Shown here: in pieces, positions 35,906 to 50,526 of the stretch | Position numbering within the stretch: position 1 is the first letter of the stretch | How the letters are laid out: the number at the start of each line of letters is the position of its first letter | Assembly: GCF_031769215.1 (NCBI RefSeq) | Contig: NW_026782812.1 | Location: 62,001-126,000 of the forward strand | Source: Ylistrum balloti | Lineage: Eukaryota | DNA: 64,000 bases | Reading direction: 5' to 3' | Made by a program: the position numbers and the translations under genes | The notes under the pieces: generated by a model | The model's input: the letters and a program-made list of their open reading frames with translations, nothing else | Database searches by the model: none | Told to the model about the DNA's origin: nothing

Positions 35906-38900
35906 CATGGGAAAGTGTGTTGCACATGTAGATTTTAACATCTGTAAAAATTATGAAACTTTTCAAAAATAAAAGAAATACAAAAAAAAAGTCTTTGTTG
36001 TACTTTATCATTATGATGTCATATATGTTGTTTCCGTTGATTCCAGATCAAACACACAATAAGCATTGTGTTGGCTAATTAGGCATCTTACCGTCATAAT
36101 ATGACGTTTATGATGTTTATAAACTTTGAAGAGAAACATTTTATAACCTGTTTTCCTGCAAGTCTCTCTCATTTATAACGTCAATAGTTGTCATTACTAT
36201 ATAGCTCATTTGACGGTGAGCCGTCGTTGTATGGCCAAATTGATGACGTTTTCTACGGTCATGTTTTCTTTAGTATTTATCGTATCTTCAAGAACTATTT
36301 TCATTGTGTAAATTCTATCGAAATATTGTCATGTAAATATAATAAATGTAAGCGTACTACTTGTATGTTAGAGTCGACGTGATAACCGGTCCTGACATTT
36401 TCTGTCTGATCAGCACAACTGGTGTCAAGACTTAAAGACTCGAACATTCATTTTGCAGTGTTTGGAGATAAATGATTTATTTATATGTAATACATAATCC
36501 ATGAAAATATCAGACAAGTAGGTTTATTGTTCACAAAGTATTGTTAAGACGAACTGTCGACATTCATTGATCATAATATACATTTTACAACACATGGAAT
36601 AAAATAAACCATTAAATATATTCCAAAGCCTGCTTTCAAACTTTATGCATCTCTCGTCAATTCTGATACCAACAATTACTGTTGTTGTCGTCAATACACG
36701 TATTACCCTTGTTAAAATGGGGACGATTTAATGGAATAAAATAGTTACGCCCGAATCTATCATGTGAATGCATTCTTCTTATTAAATAAAAAAATAGTTC
36801 GGGTATATTCAACTCAATATGAAAGATTACATATTAAATGACAGGAAATCTGGTCTCCTACGTCCATTTTGGCATGAAGGTGTATAATGGTATAAAGTCT
36901 CTGGCCTGGATTCTTATCGCTATGTTGTTTCATAGCTCTTAAAAAATAATTGGAGAGACGACCACTGTGCGGATACAGTTTATATAGAGAACGGTGTATT
37001 TAAAACTGTTCGCGAATCCCTTTAAAAGAATAAAAATGCACATCCTCGTTCTGGGATTATTGTTTCAAATTCTTAATTGAAGACTGTGAATGGTTTTGTA
37101 TATATATTAATGGCCTTCTTAAGTGGCCTAAATATTTCGACTTCAATGAATTGTAACTTTGTGAACACTTGGGGAAAAAAAGAAATGATTTTTTTAATAA
37201 TACATGACAACATTTATTGAACTTCAACTGAGGTTTGAGATTATCAGTCATTTCGAAGCAACAGACTCGTGGAAATGGGACAATGATTACTTACTATCGG
37301 TGATTCAAGAGTGAAGAATATTGATAAAGATAGGTTAGTTCAGGTTGTATTTTTATTGCCTGTTTGTTTTGTTTTAGGTATATTTTGCTTTTTGTTTTTT
37401 TGTATTTTATTTTGTTAATCCAGTGTTTATTCATTCAAGAAGATTAATCATCATTGGTCGCAATGGTAATTTTACAGGCTTCTACGATTTGAATAATTCA
37501 TTAACATGTTGAAAAGAAGATTTCAACAGAAATTTCCACAGGAGTCCATGCCGAGAGTGTTTTATCAATGTACATCTTCTCAATCAGATCAGACCACTTT
37601 TTAATCGTATCTATGCAGGTAGCTTTATGTGGTAGAACTTACTTCATAAACCAAAACTACATTGAAACTAGATAGGCTATAACATTTTCATTTTGTTATT
37701 CCGGTATATTTATGGCATGATTTAAAACAACTCCATACAAGTATTCACACTGCAAATTACCTGAGCGAATAATTCACTTTAACTGATCATTATATTATTA
37801 AATAAAGGAGCACGACAATCTCCAAAATAAATATTTCTCGTACGGGGAAGGTACGGGTATCTTGATGATAATAATATCATATCAAAATATGTTGCTAGTT
37901 GATTTCTGAAGTTGTACTGGATATATATATTTTATACTATATTTTAATTGTTTTTCATATTTTTTTAGGGCGGAAAAGGGGGCGGATATAGATATTGTTG
38001 GTAATATGTCGAAAGCCCCAGCATGATTCTTTATAATGTAAGCATGTGATATTAAACTTTTGTATTGGAGAAGCTATGGACACAGATAATCAGATGCAGT
38101 GCTGCTATGTTCATCCATAGGTTATTTCGGAAAGGTGACAAAGCAGGACTGTTGGTTATCAACATGTAATGAAGTGTACACATGTACAACATCTCTCATC
38201 ATAACTTGTATAATTGTTACTTATTCACAAATTATATATGTACCACTTTCTTTAATTGTTTTCAAATATGTATATTTCATTAGGAAATCATCCCACATAG
38301 AAAGAATAAGTTCACTGATGCAATTAAAAAAACCAATTATTTTAAGTCGTCAGTGTGGTATTTGCCCCAAGCCTTGACGCTGTACCCTAGTGAAGGTCAA
38401 CAACACTTATCATAGCACATTTTGATATATGTCAGGTGTACTTTGATAAAATTTCTACTTGTGCTATAAACGTGATAAAGTCGCACTGCTTTCTTGGTGT
38501 TTCAGATTAATTAACTTAACAAATTAAGAAAGTGACTTCACGTCATGTTGGGATATCAGATTTTACAACTGTTATATAATTGTTTAATATTCAAATCTGC
38601 TATGATGAAATTACATTCCTGGTGGAGGATCGAGAAATAAACAAAGAAATTAAACGATATTTAACAGTACGACATCGGCAATAAAACAGAAAGTAAACAT
38701 CAAGATTCATAAGATTATAATTGGCTATTTTACAATGTAGTGTGACGATGACAACGATAACGATGTCGATTACATATATATATATATATTATATAATACA
38801 TATATACGTCACGGGTAACCCATTTCAATTCATAGTGCAATGTGTGACTACGGTGTGCATGCTTGTAAAGCGTGACATCGCGTCGGTTTAAGATGAAGAG

Positions 38901-41799
38901 ACCGCATTTTTGGGATATTGTATGCCAATGTCATATAACATGGAAAGGTGCCCTATTCAAGTAAATAACACTCCGACTGACCTTGGCATGCAGGCATACA
39001 AGGTACATCATGCAATAGTCCTGGTCATTTAACCAACGGAAGGCATGCATGAGTGGAATTATACTGAATCAGTCTTTGCTCAAACCCGGAATATGAATAC
39101 TTATAGTTATTTAACTAGATAAAATCAAGGGCGAAGGATTTAATGCTCGTACAGTTTCTAATTTTACTACTGCTAATGTTTCGCTAGTTATTATAAATCG
39201 TTAAGAAGCCGACCCAAAAACAATTAATTCCAAAAATGTAAATCCAGTTCTAGAAAGACAAGACAAGATTTAAGCTAATGAGAATGTCTGTAAGTTATTA
39301 ATGTAAAGATATAAAAAGTATTGGGTATCTTGATGAATTTCTGACATATGTTGTAATAAACATATATTTCTTCCATATGAGTATATCATAATGTAATTTA
39401 AAACAGACACTTTGGTTGATTTTATTTTTATTATATGGTTTGAAATTGTGATATACAGATATACACACATGTAATTGTGTGTGTTTGTGTGTGTGTGTAA
39501 GGGGGGGGGGGTAAAGGAGGGGGAGGTTGTGTGCGTGTGTTTGTAATATCATCAGCGTAAATGCGCTTCATTCATGTTTCCCTTACAGTTAATGTCGGTT
39601 TGAAATAAATAGATAGGATTTTAGCCATACGTGTAAGTTTCCATTAATGTTTATTTGGTTGGATCATCTATTGTTCTTATTCAATAATCCCTACAGGTAA
39701 TTCAATACACTGGTTTAAAACTACACCGCAAAGTACAGACCACGAGGTCAACGCATGGGTGAGAGACTATATGACCTGCTCTGCTTTTGGGTAATTTCCC
39801 ATTATTAGAGTTTAAAAATAGCTTGGCCTAATTTGCAAAATTCAGTGCCGAAGAACGGAAAGTGATGTACATCAAAGAACATTGTATAATCATTATTTAT
39901 GTCGTTTGATAGCAGTTGATAACGAAAACAGACAGCTTTGTAGAACACTGATGATACAGAGAATTACTCATCACCTCACACAGGGTGACGTGACCTTGTA
40001 TCGAAACGTCGAATATAACCGCATCTCGCTCCACTGACTTGGACATTGGTATCGACACAAGACGATCACGCCTGAAAAACGGCTGTTGTTCTGTAATTAT
40101 TCCCCATTCATTCGCTTGCCGGCAAGCTATATTGTGTGGCGTATCATCCCTGTGTCTGGCATTTTACGATCGGTATCAGGTAGGTAATTCTCACTTCTGA
40201 ATACTTACAATATATATATTCTAATAACATCATATTTATGTACATAGTGTTAATTAGACAAATTGTTCCTTTTTTATAATGGTAAACTATATATATTATG
40301 TGATTTTCTCGCTTATTTGTATTAGAAAATGTCTTTTTTGTTTTGTATGTCGTTTTGTATCTTTGTTTTTGATCATATGTGTGTATATATATACATCTTG
40401 AACAAAAACGAAAAATGCGATGGATATATGAAATATTCAACAAGCAACGCTGATTTGTTAACACCGATGTACTTGGCATTCAACTCATAAAAGTGGTACA
40501 TAATCACTATTCACAATCATTTCATTTTTCCCTTGTGAATTCTTTTACTGTATGAGAAGTTTTTCTTGCTTATTTATTTGTCATTATAAGTTTAGGCGTA
40601 AATATGTTATTATTAAAACTGCAAAGGCAAACACAAACGTCTATTACACAGTCAGCCGTAATAGACACATTTGATTGTTTCTTTGTTTTCTTTCAATGCC
40701 TTGTAACTATCTTTCGATTATGAATTATAGATAACACTAAATGAATCGTTACATGTCCGAGTTGTATTTTATGTAAAAAGGAATGTTCAGCTGGATATCG
40801 ATCGCGACAAAGACAGAATCGCCAGTTTCGGATTGCCGTTCCTATAAATCTTATGATCCTATTATCATAGGAAAAGATCCTTTAAAGTGGGCGATTCGAA
40901 TTGGCCATATTTAAAGGATTTGTCCGTTCTCTTCTATGGTGTAATTCAATTCTTTGTTTGGAATAAATCAGCGGAAAAGCAATTGATGATGAACATTTTG
41001 TTGACTGAACAATGGTGGCTTGGGTGTACGATATCAACGTTTGAATAGGAGTGGTCGTTATTTACATAATTATGAAATATTACTTTATACACACCAACGC
41101 ACACTTGGCATACAACTTAACAAAAGCCATGCACAGTCATTATTCACAATGAGCTATTTTCCTGTTTTGTTATTACCTATACGAAATTACTGTAAAATGT
41201 TTGTTAAAACACATACAAGTTTGCTTGTTTTATTATATTCGTGCCAGCTTAAATTTCTGCGTCATGTTCACCAATACTTATGCAATACTTGTGTGTCCTA
41301 AATGGCTAGACAGGATTGTTTTTAAGTGTATATAAACACTTCGTAAGTTATCAGTCGGGAGCAATCTTTCGTTTTACTGAAGCCGATCATATATCCTTCC
41401 TTTTCGATAAATGTTATTGTATTTTTAAAATTATCAATTTGACATGTAAAACATTCTTTCTATTATATATTGTACTATCAAAGCACCATTACCACGAAAA
41501 ACAAGAAACTACCAATATGTCAACATAATCATAGTACAAACTAAAAGCTTACACAACTGAACTAAGATAATGCCAAGTAAAGACTTCATTAGACACAAGA
41601 GTATTTATAAAGAATTTCATTACATTTCACTCCTCGCAAAAAATGATCAACAATTAAGGGCGTTACAAAAAAACCAGTTTACGTTTGTTCACAACAGACG
41701 CAACTCAGATAAATTATTACCCTATATTTAACTTCCATTAATAACATTGACTCTGGAGATGTATCATTATTTATTGATTATATTTTTGTATGTTTCAGA

Positions 41800-42782
41800 A
41801 TGAAGAAGGTGGCCATTATAGGTGCGGGTGCTAGTGGACTACCAGCCATTAAGTCATGTTTAGAAGAAGGAATGCAACCTATATGTTTCGAAAAATCCAA
41901 CCAACTCGGTATGTGAATTACTTCCAACAAAGACTTGTATGCAAAAATACTTCCCGGTAAAACAAACCTAGTAATCTGATATTGCTAAAGAAAGATGCTT
42001 CTTAAGGTAATATATATTCCCAATGGGAAAAAAAATTCAATGAGGTCTGATGCAAATACGCGTTTGTGTCTTCATTTTTATATAAATTATATTGAGCTTA
42101 CATATAATTCCTTATTCATCAGAAGTCCAAGCTATTTAAGGATCCTTCATTTGAAGACTATCTTTAATGAGAATTCATTTTCCATCTTTAAGACTTGGTT
42201 TATAAATTTACGTTTATGTTTTGATATGTTTAAAACTACCTACTATGCTAAATAACATAAAACACCAAACGAATGAAAATTGTGATTGCTATGGAAATAG
42301 ACCGTATCATACAAATGCTTCTGTGACGTTACTTTTCCTTTCATCTTACTATTGCATACAACATAACTTTTCTGTTGCATATTTACCTGCAGGTGGTCTT
42401 TGGAATTACACAAGTGAGGTTCTGGAAGATCAACCGTGTGTTATGCGTTCCACTGTGATCAACACAAGTAAAGAGATGCTCAGTTACAGCGACTTCCCTG
42501 TACCCAAGGACTACGCTATGTTCATGCATCATTCATACGTACTGAAGTACCTCCACTTATACGCGAAACAGTTCGACCTCGCTAAATACATCCGATTGCA
42601 AACCCAGGTATATCTATGCCATAAGAAATTAATTCTAAATCTAAAATCTAAATTGTTTAGAATTTAGCTGAGAAAAATAACGGGAAATGGAAACGAAATT
42701 TGAATCGAAATCAAACAAGGAGTTTCTTTGCTAATATTTTGTGTATTGTTCGTTTGGTTGTTTGGGTTTTCTATCTTAATAT

Positions 42783-42814
<32 letters not shown>

Positions 42815-45800
42815 TCCAGGGAAGGGGGTGTCGACTTTTGTTCTTCTTTCTGTTTTTTTTTTTCCTTTAGGTGAGGTCTTAAGATCGTCAAATTTTAATT
42901 GTCATGTCTTTATTATTTCATTGAAACATTCTCAAAGAGTGCAATTGTCTGTACTAGGTCGAGTCTGTTGTGATGGCGAAAGATTTTGAGACCACTGGCC
43001 GATGGGATCTTACTGTCAAGGATATACAAACTGGTGAAGAATCCACCATGACTTACGACGCTGTAATGGTGTGCACTGGTCAACATACATACAAATACAC
43101 TCCCGAATTTCCTGACATGGAAAATTTTGATGGTCGAATAATGCATTCTCATGATTACAGAGACTCTCGCGGATACGACAACCAAAAAGTGATTGTAGTT
43201 GGTGTGGGAAACTCTGGAGTAGACACTGCCGTAGATCTGAGTCGATCATCCAAAAAGGTATACTGACAGATTCAGGGCCGTTTGCGTGATATAAGAATGT
43301 TTGATATACCGTATAATATACAGAACCAATAAACTGGAAGGGTGACATTTGTACATTGAGGTTGAAATCAATGAGGTGTTTTTTCTCGCTGAATAGTTTA
43401 TCATATGTCAGACCACATGTATATGTTATAATGAGTCACCCAGTGATAAACAATAACATAAATATCCGAGGAATCCTAAATGTTAATAGTTTTCACAGCT
43501 TCTCTAAATAGTTGCCAATATGCTGAATAGTTCATTTGGTTTGACTCAAGTTCGTGTTTGAGAAGTTAAAGTTTATGTTAAAAACATTTGACAGTACGTC
43601 ATGGCAAAATGTACTTAGTATCATAAAAGCTCATTCTTGTTTTTCATTTATACCCATAGGTGTATCTGAGTACCAGGCGTGGGTGCTGGGTATCCAAGAG
43701 GATAGCGAGCAATGGTGTTCCAAATGATATGAACAGCTACAGAAGGTGCATGTTGGCTATTAAAAAATATATTCCAACAGGTATACTGGAGTGGATAATG
43801 ATACAGCAGAGTAACCAACAATTCGACCACAAGGTTTATTCCCTGAAACCCGAGCACGGCTACTTCTCTCAGCACCCAACGATAAACGACGACCTTCCCA
43901 ATCGAATCGCTAGCGGTTCTATCATTGTTAAGCCAAATATCAGTCGTTTCCTTAAAAATGGGGTGGAATTCGAAGATGGAACAACAGAAAATGATATAGA
44001 CACCATCGTTCTGGCAACTGGATACAAGTACAACTTCCCTTTTCTCGACAAGTCTCTGGTTGAAGTCAAGGACAATCGAGTTGATCTCTACAAACACCTG
44101 TTCCCGACAAATCTGAAACACAACACATTGGCCGTGGTCGGCATTATGCAGCAGATTGGAGCAGTGTTTCCTATTTCTGAGCTCCAATGTCGACTCTCTG
44201 CTAGAGTGTTTAAGGTGCGCTATTTCTTTTTTTTCAGTTTCTGTTTCACTGTTAAACCTTAACCTAAAAGATTTATTCTTATCACTAACGTTTTGACTAT
44301 ACAAATTTAACACGGTGATAATGAATATTTTTGAAAATACATTATCCCTATCGTCCAATTTCTGTTGGATGTAAGTGGTTGATGATTAGTTTTTAACGGC
44401 TCCAAATTGAATATTACTTTTCTCATTGGTTTTCCCGTTTGAAAAATCAATACTTTATGACTACATGTAACCTGTAGTTAATATCTTCATCGAAAGCCTG
44501 CTTCTCCCCCTTGTAATATTAATGAGCCACAGTTATCTCCCTTCTTTCAGTTCCACTATTTCATATATTGAATATATCCCAGGTAGTTCTCACAAGAACT
44601 CTTTGATGTCTTTTTTATATTTATATGCTGTTGAGGATATTTCAGGTTATTCTTCTATCGTTTGGTGCCGTTTTGGTAACTCCTGCTAATGTTTGGTATA
44701 TATCACTTTGCAGAAAAGTGCTTAAAATCTGCATATATTTTTTTAATACCATCGTGATGTAATATGATACTAGTTATTAATCGCGGAAATTATTTTTACA
44801 AAACGGAGGTTTATGTGATATGGATCTGTCAATACCTTTGTAATGTTTAATCCTTTGAAGGTAATAATATCATAGATATTCATCTCGTTATACATTTCTC
44901 GTTATACATTTCTTTACTGTTATGCATGCTTCGTGTTATAGATATTTGTGTTTACTAGAATTGATCACTTTTTCATCTTGCGGACATTTCGTTTTACTTT
45001 GCAGTGACACACACTTACCACATTTTCAGGGGGATATCCAACTGCCCTCTAGAAGTGAAATGTGGAATGACATCAATAGGAAACGAGACGTCATGAATAA
45101 GCGATTTGTCCAATCAAATCGGTACACAATGAAGGTAGATTGTGTGCCATATATGGATGAGCTTGCAGAGCTTCATGGATCAAAGCCGAATTTATGTAAG
45201 TTGTGAAAATTTTACTTAAACTCCAAGTCTTCAAGGTCAGGGATAAGATCAAGATAAACCAATGTCACCGGATTACGGTTTTCAGGGTGACATCCATTGC
45301 CTTACAGCACCAGATATATAGACAACAATATGGTCAAATTATATTTTTCTTTCAGCAAGAACATGTTTTATCATATATATAAGAGTTTCCCAAGCTGGCA
45401 GATTGCATCATTCATTACGGAAATATCTTTATGAGAAACTAATATACAGATTTCGATCTTTCAGTTATCGTCTCCATCCTCTTAAGCAAGAAAGATTTGT
45501 ATTCAAATATTGGAGAATCGAGTAGAAAGGCTAGCGCATTACGCACATGTCTTTTCTATGCGCTTTGAGAATCAGCAACATTATTGTGAAATTATATATA
45601 AATGCTATAATTGCTTTTTTTTTTTTCTTTTTTTAAACTCGTGTTTTGTCTCTTCCAGGAAATCTTTGGTACTAATGAATACGTATGGAACACTTTAAAA
45701 CGGTTTAATTATCAATAATTGCAATAATATTCGGTTATTCTTTTGTATCGTTTTTGTAGGCCGTATCGCTAGGTCTGACCCGAGCCTGGCGCTCCAATGT

Positions 45801-46013
45801 TTCTTCGGTCCCTGTACTCCTTATCAGTTCCGATTAGAAGGTCCATGTAAATGGAATGGAGCTCGGGAAGCTATACTGAAACAATGGGATCGAACTTGGC
45901 ATCCAATGAAGACTCGACCGACAGGTCCATATTCTTGGAAGGAGACTCCCAACACCTACTTATACACAACAGTGTGTCTGTTAATCGCCTTCATACTGAT
46001 TTTCGTATTTTGA
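41800..46013 (+). CDS. FMO: Flavin-containing monooxygenase C (divergent paralog), 532 aa, 6 coding exons
   Basis: Exons 41800-41908, 42393-42607, 42958-43257, 43660-44214, 45030-45195, 45760-46013 (1599 nt, open). [35 protein letters not shown] and a C-terminal hydrophobic tail. Confidence 0.94.
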
Positions 46014-47580
46014 TGAAGGCTTGTCTGGAGACTATGCATTCAATATTTGCTATATCCCAGTAGAGTGACCAATAAGATATCTATTTGTGTGCTAACAGTA
46101 TTAAATGAAATATTTGATCGTAGATGTGGTTTGTTCTACACTACTGTTTGTCTGATTTCTGAACAATAAACCTACCAACATAGTTCCTTTTTAAAGTTTT
46201 ATTATTTCATTTGTATATGTGCACAACGCTGATATTGTTGCTTGTTCAAGTATAATGAAAGTTGAATTTAAGTTTAAATGTGCATTGTTTGTAGTTGTTA
46301 ATTACAGTGATAAATCATTGTGTTAGAATAGCACATATTCATCTTTCCATAATTTGAATGTATTCAAAGTTGCACTTTAAAACTGCGAAAACCCGGAAGT
46401 ATCATTAAATAATGAATGAAGCTCCCGGGATGACAATCAGCAATGAATATTCTCCAGGGTAGGTTGTTCACATCACTTATTCACACAAGTCAATGACAGC
46501 AATTTGGGTTATCATATCGGGTCAGTATCATATCACTTCTTGCCGTTAGCCTGTTCGTGATAGATCGTGAGCAGCACAAATAACAGCATCCAAAAATGAA
46601 GACTATACGATCTTATTCTGCAATAGATTTCTCTAAACAAACCTAACTTTACACATAAGTATACTTTTATGACGCTGTCTGTGACAAATCGTGCAGCTAT
46701 AGGCGGACGTGTATCACTCATATTGTCGTCTTCGTGCCTTAGTTTCATTACATATATATCTATTAAGTAAAGTGTATTGATTTGATGGTGCGATCGCTGA
46801 CAAAAGTGGCTGGAAAACACCAGGTAATATGTATACCTTCACCATAACAAATACGTCACCAAGGCTACTTATATGCTCTGACAGACGCGAAATATATGAT
46901 AATATTTGTACCTATGTATAATAAAAACATAATATCAGATTCTGAACATATTTTATTAATATATGTAAGCGTTGTGGAGAATCCATCGGCTAAATGGTGA
47001 GAAAATCTGTAAAAGAAAAGTGACAATATTTCGTTTTTAGACGATTGATATTCCGTTAATTAGTATACATTATCAATTAACTCAATAATCATTTAAGATC
47101 AACGCCCATTAACATGTTATATATATCTTCTTCATTATATATCAGAAACATTGTATTCTCTGATTACCAAAGGATCCACAATACATCTATTTAAAATTAT
47201 GTTTATTTAAATCAATTTCACACAGCACATCTAAATACAAGGTAAATAAAGAGGATTGGGGGGAAACTACATAAAGTATATGTTAATCATTAATATTGAC
47301 TGATGATGATCAACAACATAAGTGTATATTATTTAATGATATTTATTCATGCATCCAACAAACCATACATATTATTTCCATGCGATGTATACATTTTGCA
47401 TTAGATCGATTTATGTATAGACTGAATACACGGCATGTTTCCTAACATGAATTCAAGACGTTTGGATTCGCACATCGAGTAAAAGACACATTACACCCTT
47501 TTTACATGACACCACAAAACTGTACATCTGATAAACGACATATCTAGAATCATTAGACAGGTATACATGATACATTACTA

Positions 47581-48075
47581 CACATACTGCTAACACGACA
47601 CAGTAATTCACGCACTGAGAACACGACATTTTCATAATTATACAATAATTGTATGACACTGAGATCAACATACTGTTTACACGACACAGTAATTCACAGA
47701 CTGAGAACACGACATTTTCAAAAATACAATAATTGCACGACACTGTGATCAACATACTGCTTACACGACACAGTAATTCACACATTAAGAACACGACATT
47801 TTCAAAAATACAATAATTGCACGACACTGTGATCAACATACTGCTTACACGACACAGTAATTCACACATTAAGAACACGACATTTTCAAAAATACAATAA
47901 TTGCACGACACTGTGATCAACATACTGCTTACACGACACAGTAATTCACACATTAAGAACACGACATTTTCATAAATACAATAATTGCACGACACTGTGA
48001 TCACATACTGCTTACACGACACAGTAATTAACACTGAGTACATTTTCAATAAACAAAATTATGTCACGACACAGT
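47581..48075. repeat. 84-bp tandem repeat (three ~28-bp subunits per unit), about 5.5 copies
   Basis: acacgacacagt recurs at 47593, 47679, 47763, 47847, 47931 and 48014. Each unit holds three (a/g)cacgac-containing subunits. Confidence 0.92.
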
Positions 48076-48307
48076 AGTCCACTTACTGATGAAGCTACAC
48101 ATTTAGAAAATGTACAAGGTATACGTTATCCATACATCAAATACATGCCAAATTAATTCTTTAATCAATTACACAATGCATTTATTCAATCAGTATGTAC
48201 ACTCTTCGTATATATGCACATAGATACTTAGAAAACAGCCATGATTCACAGATACCTTTAAACATGGTGGTAAACCTACCTAAGTTTATGTTGATATTTC
48301 ATAGATG

Positions 48308-50186
48308 TCATATTGGTGAAGCAGAGGTTTGCGACGCTTGTACAATTTGCTCTATCAACTGAAAATATATGTGTATCATAGAGACTGTCAAACTACAAAA
48401 TAGGCAGCGAACAATGAAAGAAATAAACACGTACAATAAGGTTACAGTAAGCAATTTTACCTATCGTATGAATAAAATTGTATACCTGCGTTACTGCGGT
48501 AAACATACACTAATATACCTTTGTGTAGTAGGTTTCAAATTCCCGTCTTGAAACTTCATTGTCAGCTGAAAGAGAATTACATAGTATATAATTTATATAT
48601 CAAATTATTTATAAATCAGTTACTAAAATTAATTGCATAATTCAAAATATAGGAAAACAATTGATATGTTTAGATTTTTTTTTCAAATACAGCAATAAAT
48701 TATAAAGCCGAAAGATCTAGTACCCTGTTAGCTGTGCGTACATAAGAACATGAAAATTTATCCTTTGTACAATCCATGTGATACGTCATTAAGTAATGGA
48801 AAATTCCTTGATGCATGAAAACCACTTTATCATTATAACGTTTTAATGAATACGTCCCGACCACGTGGGTTTTCCCCGGGTACTCCGGTTTCCTCCCGCA
48901 ATAAGACCCCTCGCGCGCTTACATCCGGGCCAACAAGAGTGATTAGTATAAGTTGATATAACTTGTTTCGCAATTGTTGTAAAATAAATAAAGTTTATAT
49001 TTATATATGAATACGTCTGACCAATGAAGTGATCGAAAGTTGAACCTAGCTAAGTAAACTCTAAAACTAACCACGAACCACGTCTTATGCGAAAATAAAT
49101 CTAAAAACAAGTTTATATTATTTCAATTTGCACTTTTTGCTAAATTTCTGAATAAATATATCCTTGTGTTAGATTTATCGTGAAATATAGAAAACAAATA
49201 CAAACAAATAAACATTCTGATATCATTTCTACCCTTTAAACTTTAGAACAAAAAAATATAAACAAATTAGTTTTGTACACATATGTTTTGTAAAACAGTT
49301 TTTGGGGGGGAAACTGTTATATCATTTTTTTTTAAGAAAATCAAGTAGCATTGCTTACCGCTGGTGTCCATGATCTCGTATACCCCATATACAACAGAAA
49401 GATCTATTTTGCCTTCTTTGTCATAGTCAAAGGTATTGAAAATAGCGTCTGCATATGGACCAGCGGACGAAGTGTCCTTGAATTCTTGCAGCGTCAAAAT
49501 GCCGTCCTCTATGTACGAGAGAAGAGAACGATATATCATGCTTACGATCATTAAATTTACAAACAGTGACCATCCCCCATGTATTGCTAACTACGCTTAT
49601 CATTATAGAAGCAAACTTACTCTTTACATCTTGTATCAAACATGAATATGAAAGTTGTGGGGTGTAAGTAAGATTTTTGTTGTGCAATATATATATAGAT
49701 ATTATTGCGAGAGAGAAAATATTTAAATCAAAAGGTAGAAACTACATAAACATAATTTACACTCACTATTGACATCATCATTCCGAAATGACAAGGAATA
49801 CTCCGTCAGTGTTAGTCTTCCATCATGATCCGCATCAAGCCTCTCGAATCCCACATCCACATAATATTCTATCGTCTGATGTAGAGTTTGACTAGGTACC
49901 ATTGATATAAATACATGTTAAGAAACATAACTGTATGCTAATATGTAACGATCACATATTCGGTAGAGAACCGAAAATGGTCATATAAGTTCAATATTTG
50001 ATTGATATGATTTATCATGTACATCGTGTTATAAAGATGTTTTGAAAACTTTTTTTTTTGTTTTTTATTTTTTTTTTTTTAACTGTCGTAAATGTTTATT
50101 TGTATGTGCGTATACAATACCTTTGAATACTTGTCAACTTACCACGAAATGGCTGTGAGGCCTACTAGCAACAGGAAAGCCGACAT
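48308..50186 (-). CDS. Secreted four-EF-hand calcium-binding protein A, 138 aa (resembles molluscan shell-matrix EF-hand proteins)
   Basis: Exons 50186-50143, 49891-49767, 49508-49359, 48565-48519, 48358-48308, all GT-AG and in phase. Protein MSAFLLLVGLTAISC-QTLHQTIEYYVDVGFERL-DADHDGRLTLTE-YSLSFRND-DVNKDGILTLQE-...-DYDKEGKIDLSV-VYGVYEIM-DTSADNEVSRRE-FETYYTKLIEQIVQASQTSASPI. Confidence 0.88.
48857..49006 (+). mobile_element. 5'-truncated V-SINE with 11-bp TSD, intronic in EF-hand gene A
   Basis: gggttttccccgggtactccggtttcctcccgca V-domain; TSD atgaatacgtc at 48846-48856 and 49007-49017. Confidence 0.88.
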
Positions 50187-50480
50187 TTCGTTAAGCTGAA
50201 TATTAAGATTAGATAAAAAATTACTTTAATATCTCTATAAAATCTAAAACCGTTTACGCTTGGATAAAGTTATATCGGTAAATTTTCTTATTTAAGCAAT
50301 CTGATAGCTATTGACGTAAAAATGAATGTTTCGTTTCTCGTGCAAGTCTAATGTTGTCCAATTATCATTTACATTACATTGTTATCACATGTATTGGTAA
50401 AAACTAGAATTGTTATATATCAATCTTGTTTGAAGGTAAAAATCTTTCGATCTTTTATTCAAAAGATAAGGGAACAAATT

Positions 50481-50482
<2 letters not shown>

Positions 50483-50519
<37 letters not shown>
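50483..50519. repeat. (AT)n microsatellite
   Basis: Perfect AT dinucleotide run. Confidence 0.95.

Positions 50520-50526
<7 letters not shown>

Noticed and set aside
39948-40010. Penelope-type hammerhead-like ctgatga...cgaaacgtc
   Set aside because: Stem II pairs only by consuming core bases and stem I cannot form. At best it is a heavily decayed remnant.
47453-48049. 198-aa Cys-rich ORF
   Set aside because: Translation of the 84-bp repeat.
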